A stretch of 64,000 nucleotides of DNA from Mytilus edulis. Lineage: Eukaryota. Positions 41,601 through 53,900 of the stretch are shown one piece after another. The DNA lies in the NCBI RefSeq assembly GCF_963676685.1, contig NC_092353.1:29140001-29204000 (forward strand), given 5' to 3'. Each line of letters starts with the position of its first letter. Positions within the stretch are counted from its first letter, which is position 1. Under the pieces are notes generated by a model. The model did no database searches. It saw only the letters and a program-made list of their open reading frames with translations, and was not told where the DNA came from. The translations under genes and the position numbers were made by a program.

Positions 41601-41770
41601 TACGTTTTCTTTAGGAATGAAATGAGATTAATTGTTTACATTCTAATCACTACAACTATCCAAATAAAAAACTTTTCTGGAATTAAACTATGAACTTATT
41701 CTAGGGACGTTTCTATTTCAGAGGATGCAAGAGTGTATTCTTAAAACAAACGAGACTTACCGATTTGCAT
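16426..41770 (-). CDS. Gene A: secreted 2x Ly6/uPAR-like + EGF + IgGFc-binding domain protein, 675 aa; exons 41770-41761, 39187-39146, 36054-35978, 35646-35575, 34895-34802, 34360-34266, 33219-33151, 24225-24045, 23431-23393, 21776-21675, 17672-16426
   Basis: All junctions are GT-AG and phase-compatible, totalling 2028 nt. Leader MQIGHLVLLFLQAVSCKA; LTCFNC...CFQCCSSDLCN (12 Cys); ICYNC...LLCCDAQLCN (10 Cys); EGF CHCLNGGSC...CICMRGYYGIHC; terminal domain ending GYGYPGG. Six internal LU/linker exons and the EGF exon have identical lengths in paralog B. The first two exons and the 39-nt exon lack paralog support and are less certain. Confidence 0.85.
18670..19052 (-). repeat. Family B retroelement 3' fragment
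   Basis: Matches 37660-38030 and the reverse complement of 54890-55272. Confidence 0.75.
19155..19300. repeat. Short interspersed repeat (AAGATGTGG..GCCAATGAGACAACT family); other copies at ~45572-45775 and ~58397-58660
   Basis: Three similar copies within the window. Confidence 0.7.
20133..20352 (-). repeat. Degenerate hammerhead-ribozyme repeat copy
   Basis: Reverse complement of the 43130-43335 unit; core reads CGGACGA-GTCTTTTATAGAC-GAAA. Confidence 0.7.
20615..21435 (-). repeat. Family C retroelement 3' region
   Basis: AAAAGTAAAATCACAAAAATACTGAAC...CCTGACTTGGTACAGGC...GGTGGATTAAACCTGG; reverse complement of the 38680-39030 and 51125-51285 type. Confidence 0.65.
25409..26065 (+). repeat. 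5' LTR (657 bp, TG...CA)
   Basis: Direct repeat of 31802-32394. Confidence 0.95.
26069..26086 (+). promoter_or_regulatory. Primer binding site, initiator tRNA-Met type
   Basis: TGGTAGCAGAGCGTGGTT 3 nt after the LTR; complementary to the CTCTGCTACCA 3' end of eukaryotic tRNAiMet. Confidence 0.8.
26121..31643 (+). pseudogene. BEL/Pao gag-pol polyprotein, disrupted
   Basis: Gag (IPIFKGD..W), three Zn knuckles, protease ALLDDAS, RT YMDD, RNase H FSDAS/SIPRLEL, integrase VDFGGP / SDNGTNF, C-terminal WPLGRIIEVFPG. In-frame stops end at 26966, 27557, 28076 and 30992; frameshifts near 29140 and 29500. Confidence 0.95.
31789..31801 (+). promoter_or_regulatory. Polypurine tract
   Basis: AAGAGGGGGAGAA directly before the 3' LTR. 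Confidence 0.85.
31802..32394 (+). repeat. 3' LTR (593 bp, TG...TA)
   Basis: Direct repeat of the 5' LTR lacking 68 bp, with a 5-bp insertion and roughly ten substitutions by eye. Confidence 0.95.
36601..37330 (-). mobile_element. Tc1/mariner transposon remnant
   Basis: TA followed by a Tc1-like terminus CACATGGAAAAAAGTATTGCAACACC; minus-strand LPWPNRSPNLNHIEHIW matches the WPxxSPDLNPIExxW catalytic motif. Right boundary approximate. Confidence 0.8.
37660..38485 (-). mobile_element. Family B retroelement 3' region
   Basis: Reverse complement of ~54455-55265. Confidence 0.8.
38680..39030 (+). repeat. Family C retroelement 3' fragment
   Basis: Matches 47015-47415. Confidence 0.7.
40261..41155 (-). 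mobile_element. Helentron-like non-autonomous element with degenerate ~140-160-bp internal repeats
   Basis: Starts AACAAGAG; recurring TGAACC(G/A)TGAAAATGAGGTCAAGGTCA and CATGTACACCTTACAAT blocks. Confidence 0.55.
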
Positions 41771-43129
41771 AACTTTTCTCCAAGTCGTTTCTAGAGATTT
41801 TTCAATCCAGCAGACGTATAAGCTTAATCATTAACAAACAGGACTTTTACGACTAGTACAATCTGGCTTTGTAGTTCAAAATAACTGCATTCTAATCTTT
41901 TTGTGTCACGATTTACAATTATCAGGATCTGATACTCTTATAGTCGATAATACAAAAGTTTCGTTCGTTGGTACCATTTAAGAGTGCATTTCTTCCTCAC
42001 AATACAAACGCTTCAGCGAGCACACATTGAGATCATTTGATTCTAAAAGACGTTTGCATAAACTTTGACAAACTATATTACACTCGTTGTAAATGCGTCT
42101 ACAGTTTATTGTCGTCGTTTGTCAGTACGTACGAACGCTGCATTTCTGTCTTACTTAAAAATGATCTTCACAAATTCTCCCACTACAAAAGCGAAAGAAA
42201 GAGAGGTATAATCGTAATTGTCATAACTCAAAACTATGTCACGAGTTTTTTTCCAAATTTTAGTATTGCTCTCCTTTCTTTCATTGCTGCTATTTAAACA
42301 ACAAAAATTATAATCAATATTTGCATACCTTCATGATGAAGACGATGAACTGACAACACAAGTATATTTGCACCGAAAAGCGATGTCCTGTTCGTTCAAA
42401 GCATATTCTACAGAAACTGTTTTCCCGCATAATAAGTTTGATTACAAATTACATGTGCATGCATTTTTGACAGTTCAAACAGGGTCAGTAAAGACTGATT
42501 AAACGATGGACCTGTTTCTACTTTAACAAACTATAACCAACGGCAGACAACTTTTACAAAACTATAGCTCTTTACTTAACATTATATGACTAAACGTTTT
42601 GCATCGTATTAAACGACAAAAATGATGTACAGTTGTTTTGAATTTTGGAGTAAAACCCTCTTTTTCTATTTGATTTGATTTTAAATATTTTCGAAACAAC
42701 ATATCATACTGGTTCCGGGAAAACTATTTTGTACATAATATACTTTTCTGCAAATTGCATCCATTGTTCTCTTTTTTCAAGTACGGTAGTTACAGAAATC
42801 TTGTTAATCTGAACTGTGGCTCACAGGCAACACAGCTAACACAAATATGATTCAGTTTCGTAAAGCAATGTACAAAACAGTTTTTTTACCGGACTTAAAA
42901 AACGTTTGTCTTGTTTTCATACCACAACAATATTTGGTTGTAAAGACAAAATATTAATTAAAAATTAATTATTTTTAAATTAATCATGAAGAAAATAAAG
43001 CCCCTCAATTATTTTTTAATCTTTTATAGATCTACTACTTAACTTCCACGATGAAATTGACAAATGAAAAGAATATAGGTATGTTTATAGTAAATGTTTA
43101 AATAATGTGGTATGTCTTATGAACAGGGC

Positions 43130-43335
43130 TTTTATACCTCAGAAATAGATTATCTTAACTGTATTTGGCAAAACTTTTAGGAATTTTGGTCCTAAATTCT
43201 CTTCAACTTCGTACTTTATTTGGCCTTTTTAACTTTTTAGAGTTCGAACGTCACTGATGAGTCTTTTGTAGACGAAACGAGCGTCTGACGTAAATACAAA
43301 ATTTTGTCCTGGTATTTATGATGAGTTTATTTATA
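43130..43335 (+). repeat. Hammerhead-bearing repeat unit (retrozyme/Penelope-type)
   Basis: Homologous copies at 20133-20352 (-), 51515-51708 (+), 58760-58830 (+) and 39025-39075 (-). Confidence 0.75.
43248..43291 (+). ncRNA. Minimal type I hammerhead ribozyme
   Basis: ACGTCA-CTGATGA-GTCT(TTTGT)AGAC-GAAA-CGAGC-GTC^-TGACGT: conserved core, 6-bp stem I, 4-bp stem II, very short stem III; predicted cleavage after 43285. Confidence 0.85.
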
Positions 43336-46089
43336 ATGTTCGTTTGATTTTTACATCGGATGCCTCTATAATGTACATATTGACATGTAATAGTTTGATT
43401 TATTCACCCATTTATTGTTCAATTTACATCTGTATTCCGTGGCAGTGTGACTGTACATCGACACTTACGCTTCAATTTTTCCGACTTATCAATCGTAAAT
43501 GGTGTGACCAAATGATGGCGATTAAGGTATACAGTGTATCGGTATGGGAACAGTATATTGGAGAATAAAGTAAGTCATCAAATTAATCTTATGTTATGAA
43601 AATAGGGACCCACCCTTCCCCCCTTTGCCAATGGTGATAAACACTGCCTCTTTTCAGCCTCCCTGCCAACGCTTGATATGGTATGACTTATATAACGTCC
43701 CAAATCAAGTTTGGATACACCTGAAGGATTCAGCGGCCGAATAGAACATAAGGCAGTGTTGGTTATATATTTAAACAAAGACAGGTTTGGGAAAACTAGC
43801 CACAGTTTATTAAGTATGCATGTAATTATTTCAATTATACAATAATTGAACATAATGCTAAATGAATTAAGGCAAATACAAAATGTAAGTAATGCATGAA
43901 TACAAAAGATAAATGATGTGTAATAAAAACTGTGGTTCTCAAACATCAAGACTAAACTACACATGAAAATACAATGAATACAATATACATGGTAAACAGT
44001 ACAAAAAAAAATAAACCAAACACGACAATACAAACTTAAAAGACAGTTCATGAACTGATTTTCATGACATGTATATACATGAATGAGGGTCGGGAGGGTG
44101 GGAATAAAAATCTTTAGCCTTAGTTTAAACAAGGTGTTCGCTGCTGCAAGTTATTATTTTGAATGCTGAAACTGCCGATGATGCCAGACGATGATAATTT
44201 ACTTAAATCTGATTGGCTAATTAATGAGACGGGAAATATGAATACTAGCTCTTGATTGGTTGATATGAAATGCCAGACATATCAAGGGTACCTATGCTGC
44301 ATCCTGATTGGTCAATATGAATAACGTTATGATATAGAGGCGCAGGAGATATAAACAACGTACCTAGTTACCAGATAAGATTGCAATGCAATCACTGCCC
44401 TGCGATTTCAACCATGATTAATAATATATTTAAATAAAATATTCACATCAAATAAACTAAAGTTATCTTAAGTTGGTAAAATACAGTAAATAAGCTCTAC
44501 AACGTTGATCTATCAATATGAAATTCTGATCAACAGTCAATATACTCCTGATGACGACCATTGCATTGCTTAAACATTTGTATTTGTCACTGATTTGGTC
44601 CTGTCCAAAAAAATACCGTAGTATGGCAATATAATTCCTAGTAAAGAATGGAGAGATATACAATATATTATAAAATATTGCTGCAAAGGAACGGTAGTCG
44701 ATTCGACGTTGTTTCAATTTTTTATCATATTATCTCAACATTTCATCTCAATTAGAAATAGCTTTGTAAATTTCTCCATGACATTTCGAATCAATAGGTT
44801 TCTTCCCCTCCTTATATGAAATATGCACAATAATGAATATCGGTCGAGAATCAAAAGCTAGAAATAATGTCCATATTCGTTGTACAGACGGACGGACAGT
44901 CACGTTATGATATTTCTTTTTCAACCTCTTTGGGAGGGATAATGAAATGATAAGATATGAAACAAAGAAGTTTAAACTAATAATCCGTTATTGACATTTG
45001 TTCTTGTCATCCAATTAAGGCGTAATAATCATATAATTATAGAAAAAAAAATTGGATATGACTTATATAGTTTAATTTTTGTACTTGAAGGTTCATTCAA
45101 TTCAACATGAAATGGCATAGACCTACATGTACATGTAGTGAGATTTGTTTTTTCGATTTCGTAGGACACCGACGGTCTTAACCTTTCATTAAAATGAGGG
45201 GCATTTGTACCAAATCATATTTCTTTTAAAAAAAAAAATCCGTTTTAAAATATAAACACCATGTTTTTGTGCTAATGCGGCGTAAAGCAACCAACAACAA
45301 TCAACAGAGTTATTTTACCTGCGTCGTCAAAGGCGAATACATGTCTAGTAACTGCCCGCCATCGTCCATTCGTCTGTTGGTACTTCTTTCCATATGCAGA
45401 TAGTCTGCTTAAAATCACATATATCTTTTTTATACGCTCAGTGTTCATCATGAAGACGAACGCATTGATTTTAGGAACGCACTGTGTAAGCAGACACTTA
45501 ATTTTTATCAGGTCTGGGCAACGAGTATTTTAGAAAACTTTGAATTATATAATTTTTCATGTCAACCTCATAGATATAGGAAGATGTGGTAAAAGTGCCA
45601 ATGAGACAACTCAAAATCCAAGTAACAATTTATAAAAGTAAACCATTATAGGTCAAAGTACGGCATTCAACACGGAGCCTGGGCTCACGCCGAACAGCAA
45701 GCTATGAAGGACCCCAAAAATTACTAGTGTAAAACCATTCAAACGGGGAAACCAACGTTCTAATCTATGTAAAAACTATTTCAATAGATGTAACTCAACT
45801 TATATCTTTATGCTTCAGATGTTTTTTTTAAAGTCTTTCGTGACATTCAGTGACATTAATGAGACTGTTAAACTTATTAGAAAAACAATAAAATATAACT
45901 AAAATCTTCTTATTTTAAGAGCTTTATTTGTCCAGTCTATCTTCAATCAATATACAAATTATATTGTAGGGAGTATTATGTATAGCCTTTACTGTTTTCT
46001 CTCTTGGTGGCAAAAAGATGAACAACTATATTTGAGAATGTTTTGTTACCAGTGAGGGTCAAACTCTAGATTCTCATCCTTTCTCATAA

Positions 46090-47415
46090 CGTGTTGGTTT
46101 ATCAATGTCTTTCAGTACGGTCACACAGCAGTGAGAGAGGTCTACAGAGATACTATGAATCGGTTTACTCGCGTGGTATTAACTATATGCCGATTCTGAA
46201 AAACTCTAAAGAACATTTGGATAATTTCAAATCTCGATCTTTCTCTGAAATAATTTCTTTTTACACTTTTGATTTTTCAAACCTGTATATACCACCATAT
46301 GCATTACCCATGTGAAATTTAAAAAACAAGTCTTAAAGAAATAATCCACGATGACTTTCATCATAAAAATGGTAGCATACACTTTAAATTTGTTACCTTT
46401 GAGACCAAACAGCATATGTTGATAATAGTGAATAGAAGCAACTAGTGATCAGTATGCTGCAGTTTCTTATTGACAACATATTTATGGAATTTAGATGTTT
46501 TTCAGCAAATTGTCAGAATTCCTATGGAAACAAACTGTGCGCTTCTCCTTGCCGACCTCTTCTTATTTTCATATAAGTTGGAGTTGTTTCAAGAGCTTCC
46601 AACTGCTACTCAGACTTTGTAAAACATCACCAGCGTCTGGGCAGAAAGTTGATGAACCAAAGGCATGTCAAAGAAAGTCTCGTCCTTTTCTAACAAAATT
46701 TAAACTTCACAAATAACACACGATGGTCTTGAAGTATAAATTTTGGGTACTAACGTTGTTTTTCATCTTTATAACGTGTGATATTATTCTTTTATTTGTC
46801 ATTGTAATTTATCACTTTTACTATTTAGTTCATTTTTGGCAACAGACATTTGATGTGGTTTGGTACTTATGCATCCTGTCATTGTGTTATTGTGCTTTGG
46901 TAAATGTTTTCTTGAATTTCGTTGTTGCCAATGTGCTCTGTCTATATGCCGTTTTTCTTTTCTTTTTTTTTTTTTTTTATCTTTGTCAACATATTTGCAT
47001 GGGTTTTTTTTGTAAAGTGATTAAGATTATAACACAATGTTGACTGCTGTAACCCTATTTTTGACATTTTTATCTATCATGTTTGTTTATATTGTTCACA
47101 GATCGTTGTCAATATAATGGAATTTTAAGCGACTGTCATACAAGTGAGTGATTTAGCTAGCTATTAAACTAGGTTAAATCTAATATTTTCTAAGAAACTG
47201 CAAGTACCAAATTAGAAATANNNNNNNNNNNNNNNNNNNNNNNNNNNNNNNNNNNNNNNNNNNNNNNNNNNNNNNNNNNNNNNNNNNNNNNNNNNNNNNN
47301 NNNNNNNNNNNNNNNNNNNNNNNNNNNNNNNNNNNNNNNNNNNNNNNNNNNNCTAAGGGACTTTCCGTTCAGAGTTTTCCTAAGAGTTCATTTTTTGTTG
47401 TTATTTTACTTTTTT
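46090..47415 (+). mobile_element. Degenerate Penelope-like element (family C): RT remnant joined to its 3' repeat, spanning the gap
   Basis: Fragments GINYMPILKNSK, TFDFSNLY, FLIDNIF and FQQIVRIPMETNCALLLADLFL correspond to PLE RT motifs (DFSTLY, GIPMG); frameshifts and an internal deletion. Confidence 0.75.
47221..47352. other. Assembly gap (132 N)
   Basis: Run of N inside a repeat. Confidence 1.
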
Positions 47416-49739
47416 TTCATGACACGGACTAATTATAAAATTGAAAAATTATTACATTAGTCAACGAAAATGTGTTGATAGAGGTCATCGAATGAAGATG
47501 TGCCTATAAAATTCATTCATTTAGATTGCATTGGCATGCATTTACCAAAGACATTAAAACAATCTTGAAATTTATTTTCACACGGTATCTTGCTCAAACA
47601 AGATAAAAAGTTTACGTAAAATATTTTAGAAAATGAGAAATTCTTACCTTTTCATTTGTCTGTTGCGACAGCTGTTCATAAAAAAAAAACTATGTTTAAC
47701 CTATTTTTATGAGATGAATGTCAAGAGTTGCCTGACCTACACGATGAATCTGACTATTTGTGGTTCCTAAACTAATTTGGAGCAAACTTAGTAGTCACCA
47801 ATAAATAACAGTTTCTGTTGTGGTCCATATTTTGAAGTTATATTTCACATGATAATAGTTAAATAATCTAATATTTAGATAATTTCAGCTATTAACTGAA
47901 TTACAAATCTATTTTTGTCGATACCTTAACGGGAAAAAATTGAAATAAAAATACGCTATAATATTATTTTTACACATCGAACAAACAACGTAAATATCCT
48001 CTAGAGCATCATCAGCATTGAACGACGAAAGTTACATATTGAAACATATGAAATTTTATATCAATTAATAAAAAAAATAAAATGCATATACATATGTATG
48101 TATGCAATATTTGTGTAAATCCTAATTAAAGAAAAGGAAAACTGTTCTATTCACCCTTTATTCAAAAAAGTCCAAAATCGTCATCGGAATAATATGCAAC
48201 ATTTAAAACTTTTAAACTAGATTTGAGTTCTCCGTGGGTTTGTACTAACATGAGCAACTCGATGGGTGTCTCATTTGTAGCAGATACTGCCTACAATTCC
48301 GGATCACATGAGATCGCCTCTGGTTTTTGGTTGGGTTCGTGTTGCTCATTCCTAGTTTTTTATTTACTGTTTTGTAAACTGTTGTTTATCTTTTTCCCTT
48401 TTTTTCCCTTTTTTTTATTTTTTTGCCTTGACATTTTTGGTCAGTTTATTTTCGACTTGTAATAATGAAAACGTTCATTTATGCGTATTCCATCTCTATC
48501 TAATGGGTTAAAATCAATACGGATTCATTAGGGTCGAGAATTATTCCCTTGTTAGTGAATAATTCATCAGCGATGTTTCTTAGCTTATTTTGACAAAATT
48601 TGAAACAAACTGGGTGCTAAAAGCCGATTGTTTTTATTTCATTTTTACACTTTTATTTAATGATCGAACCAATAAAAACACTGACATTTTTATTTTTGTA
48701 TATCTCGAAGCTTCTGCCACTTTAAACTTTATAAGTTGTGTTTTGTGTACTGTTGTTTGTCTTTTGTTCTTTTCCATTTTAACCATTGAATTGTCAGTTT
48801 ATTTTCGATTTATGAGTTAGAATGTCACTCTGGTATCTTTCTTCCGTCTTTTAAAGGTAAACTGATGGTTTATGAAAGATAAATAATAGATTGTTTTAAA
48901 TGACTGCGTTGAATTGTGTGACAATTCTTTGGAAATGTTCTTTCTTTTATCAAATTGCATGATTTAAGCGTGTGCATTTATCTAGTTTAAAACAAAATAA
49001 TCGGTGATTTGTTCATAATATTGACACAAATAATTCTTCATAAATAATTAAGTCAAATGTCATATTGAAAAAATTGAGTTAATGCACTCGTTTTCCAGTT
49101 AAATTAGTTTAAATGATAAAAATCAGTCGAAAAATGTTTCCTTTCATGATATGTCACAGTTTGACGCTACTTATAGAATATCTAAACGAAGAATTCAAAT
49201 AGAGTTACCGAACTTCACATTAATTCACGAATGCACCTAGCGCGTGAGTTAATTATCATTGTTGTTCGGTCACGAGTTAAATACTTTTCGATACTGGTAT
49301 TTGAATTCTTTTATTACATTTGTAGTTGTTCTATTTATTAAATTGGCAAATGTTTCATGAAGTTAAAGTAGAAAATTTAAGGGTCTATATCTTTTTTCTA
49401 CGCATTCATAATTTGTTTTGATCCGACGTAATCCACATCTTTGAAAATCACGCAAATTCAATTAAACATGATCGTTTTTATATTCGCTTATGATTTTGTT
49501 AGCTCGCCTAATATATTTTTGCTTCCTTTCCAAAAAAACTATACATACATACATATGTGTTTGGGAAATATCATGAAATACTTAATACTTAAATTTTGTT
49601 ACTTTTATATTACAGCGAAACGGATATTTATTTACGCCAAAATCGCCAATAAACTAACGAAGCAATATATTTTATGTTCAATCAACATTCAGTGTAGTTC
49701 AAATTCAAATGCAAACAAATCATATCGTGCTATGTTTAA

Positions 49740-50965
49740 TTAATTTCTAAAATGTATTCCTCCAGGATATCCATAACCGTCATACTTTTTACTACCATAT
49801 ATCCATAGGCCGAATTTTGCTCCATACAAATGTTTTATATAGTGTGCACCTGGTGAAATACTGACACTCCCCGTGCTGAAATCGTCCGATCCATGAGATA
49901 TGTTGAATACGTAAAACGTGATAGGATGATCATCAAGAATAAATCCAGCTATCTCATTACTCTGTACTACAATGCTAATTGAACTGTCAAAGGACATGGA
50001 TGGTACTGCAAAATTATATTCCGCTAAATATTGATTAACGCCATGAATAGTCATCATGAAAGTATCAAAAAACACTTTTTCTACTAAATGAGGATAGACA
50101 TTAACGATCACGTTATCTGATGCCTGTATATATGAAATTGTTTCGTGTCTAAGGTCAATATATTCTCTAGGTCCGAGCGATTTCGATATTACACTTGTTT
50201 TATTCCTAAACGTAATGGAGGTTGCGTTAACAGACAACACCCTTACAGTGCTCCATTGATATTTTGCTAGTTTTGGAACAACATACAATGAATCAAGTTG
50301 AACCGTCGGTAATACCATTTCCATGAGCGGGTTACCGTCACCAGACCCTTCTGACATATAGGTGTTAATGCAACTGCTTCCGCTGATAACGAAAAGAGGC
50401 GCAGAAGATGTTATCATAGTTCCAGTTAAATCATGTGTATGTGAAAGCTGAAAGGTGTCAGTGGGATTCAATACTATGGTTATTGATGAGTTTATAGAAT
50501 AGTTTACATTATCTACTGTTATAGGACCTATGTCACTTTTTAACATAATGTGTACAATTGTATTTGTGTTAAGGGGAGAGACAGCCACAATGCTTTTAGA
50601 AGTATAATAGCCGCTAACTATAGTAAACGATGGAATAACATATTTAGTAGATTGATATTTAGCCGGTATAGCCAAGAATCCTTCACCACCATACTGAGCA
50701 TCATAAAATCCGTAGATAGATGCAGTGTCATTTGTACATATTAGAGCTCCATGCTGACCAGTTCCATCAGAAGTTATCCTTACTGCATCATCGAAGGAGT
50801 ATGCATAGTTGTTTGAGGTAACGATGACAGACCTGTTGTTGTTTTGGGCAAACATCTGTACTGACATTTTGACTGGCCCATTCCCAGCAACTAATAGTTC
50901 TGATTGACGGTTATTAGTCCAATATTGTTCCAAAATGAACACTTTGAAACAGGGAATCTCTGTGC
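49740..50965 (-). CDS. Gene B terminal exon: IgGFc-binding-type domain
   Basis: Colinear with the gene A terminal exon (DLTGTMITSSAP, DTFMMTIHGVNQY, GYGYPGG). Confidence 0.92.
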
Positions 50966-53900
50966 CTGAAAAAAAAGTTTTTTTGGTGAATAGTTTTTCA
51001 AGGAAAATGTCAATATTTTCCATTCAAATAGGTACTGTTGACTCTTGTTGTGTTAACTTGTTTACAAAACAATACCTTCCCGAACAATTAGGACTTGGAC
51101 CAAATAGGATTAAATTCACGTTTAGCCACCATTTTCTACATTAAAAATGCCTGCACCAAGTCAGGAATGTGACAGTTCTTGTCCATTCGCTTTTGATATG
51201 TTTTGTCATTTGAATTTGCCATGTGATTAGGGACTTTCCGATTTGATTTTCCTCTGAGTTCAGTATTTTTGTGTTTTACTTTTATCACGATTAGGCATAA
51301 GCAGTCCTTACATGTGGATTTTTTTTTTGTTCAATTTTTGATATAACATTATTCCAAAAATCAAAAGCATGTATAATAACAATAAAAAAGGAATAATTTG
51401 GCAAATCCTTTAAAGGGACTCCCCGAAAACTATTTAAACAGACGATACCTTATTTTTCGAATTGAAATTTAGAAATGCTTATGGAACTAAATACAAAAGA
51501 GCAATATAGTAAGGAATAGATTACCTTAGCTGTATTTGACGAAACTTTTAGGAATATTTGGCCCTCAAATGCTCTTCATCTTCATACTTTATATGGCATT
51601 TTTAACATTTTATTTATTCGAGCGATACTTATAATTCTTTTTTTAGACGTAAAGCGCGTCTGGGAAAAATGCAAATTAATCCTGGTATTTATCATGAGTT
51701 TATTTAGTTAATTTTTCTCTTATTATTTGGCAATTCAACCCTTTCTGGACCCATTATTTAAAACGACCAATATGCGATTGCCATTGATTTCATTAGACGA
51801 GTATCTAAGGAAAAGAATATCTATAGTCTCGTTGCTTTGATATATTCTCGGGCTGAATTTTACGTCCTTTTCAAATACATGTGTCGCTTAACACATTGAC
51901 AGAAACGCTTGTTTGCATGAAGATAAACATTATAAAAGAGGGACGGAAGATACCAAAGGGATAGTCAAACTCATAAATCTAAAACAAACTGACAACGCCA
52001 TGGCTAAAAATGAAAAAGACAAACAGAAAAACAATAGTACACATGACACAACATAGAAAACTAAAGAATAAACAACACGAACCCCTCCAAAAACTAGGGG
52101 TGATCTCAGGTGCTCCGGAAGGGTAAGCAGATCCTGCTCCACATGTGGCACCCGTCGTGTTGCTTATGTGATTACAAATCCGGTAAATAGTCTAATTCGG
52201 TAGGTCACATTCATGAAAGGGAAGGGGATTGTAGTTACGACGTAAGGAACATATCCGATATCATTTGTGAAATGGTTATTCCATAACGGTCAACCAACTC
52301 GTGATGGCGTCCGTAATATTTACGAAGGGATGATTTCAACTTCACCATTTGTATACTCTCCATTTCTAGAGATAGAAACACAGTATATAACTGTTTTCGT
52401 CAAAATTATATTGATTTAATTCTTGTTTCGATGATTTGTGATATGAATTTTCCTGATATATCGTATTGCATCATGTCGAATAAACAGTTGCGCCATGACC
52501 GCATGATACGCCCATCACTTTTTAAAAGAAAAAGGTTGAATAACTTTATAATGTCACCACAGAAATTAAAAAAATAAAAAAATAAAAAGAGGTTATTTTA
52601 ATAGATATAAACCAGTCATCCAAGTTACATACAAAAGAAAAACAAAGCAATTCAAAGATACTGTCCGAAAACTATAAGACCCCGCCTTATGTTAAATAAA
52701 ATCCCAAAACTCGGAAACTTTTAATCTTAGATCTATAAAATTCCAAAAGACGCTCAAGTCATTAGATCTAAACAATTCATAACATCTTCTTGCAAAAGCT
52801 GAAAGTGTTTTGTAGTTTTTGTTCGAAAACTTGAAAATACTAATTTCTTAAGGAACAAAACCCTATTACTTGAAACTTGAAAACAAAAATTTATATAAAT
52901 CAAAATAGAGCTAACGTCAATATATATAATTAATTCACCAAAGTTCAATGCAAATAAGTTAAAGCGTTTTTGAGTTGTTGCCAGACATGTTGATGACGGA
53001 CAGACAGACATAATACCATTATATGTCCCATTAATTTTTCGCAAATCAAAACATTCACAAATTGTCGAGTTTTCTAGGTAATTCGTACATATAGATACTA
53101 GTATATTAAAAAGAAGGAATCTATTCTAGTTCTTTTGACCTTTATTGATGATATACTGCTGACTATTATCATCTTTGTGGGAAATTGTAAACATCGGAGT
53201 GCATACCTTTTCTGAAATATTTGCCAGTTATGTTTTATTGTAAGATTATTTATTTCAAGGAAATGGGCGTTAAGCTTCATTTTGCAATAAATTTAACTTA
53301 AAATGATAATCAAACTTAATACACACTATATCGTTCTTTGGTTTAAATTTGTATCTGAATTGCTGAGCCAAATCAGGCAATTATAAATATCTCCTCTCAA
53401 ATGCACCAAATTGGCCAATTATAAGAGTTGCAATTTATGAACAAAAATGTGCTAAAAAATAAAGAATAAAACCATAGTACACTTATGAGAATAAGCCATG
53501 TGCATCGATTGAAAAACAATTCATGAGAAACAATCGATGTATTGAATTTGATTCATTAATGCTTTACCTTTATATTGACAGTGAGTTCCATAGTATCCAT
53601 GCCCGCATACACATTTGGGATTACCTTGTTCACTTTGACATATTCCATCATTCAAACAATGACACTGATCTAGAATTACAATAAGTTAGTTGTGATATAA
53701 TAACACATTAAATTGGTATCGTGCCTTTTGGTTGGTTGAACGCAATTTTACTTTGCATGTCATTTTATCAGATTACAACTTCGCTACCAAAGGGTTACAA
53801 TCCGGTTCACACTTCCTCGCTATAAAAGGCTTAAATCAAAGTTTTGGATGCATGATTTTTGAATGATCGCAATTGGAACTGCAGCCAATCAAATGGAGTA

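Noticed and set aside
43578-44132. 184-aa ORF
   Set aside because: Low-complexity F/I/C/L composition typical of AT-rich non-coding DNA; no recognisable motif.
42327-47670. Extra upstream exon candidates for gene A (ATGAAAAG|gtaag near 47650; ATGAAG|gtatgc near 42330)
   Set aside because: They do not splice into a convincing leader in frame with downstream exons; they could be UTR exons but are unsupported.
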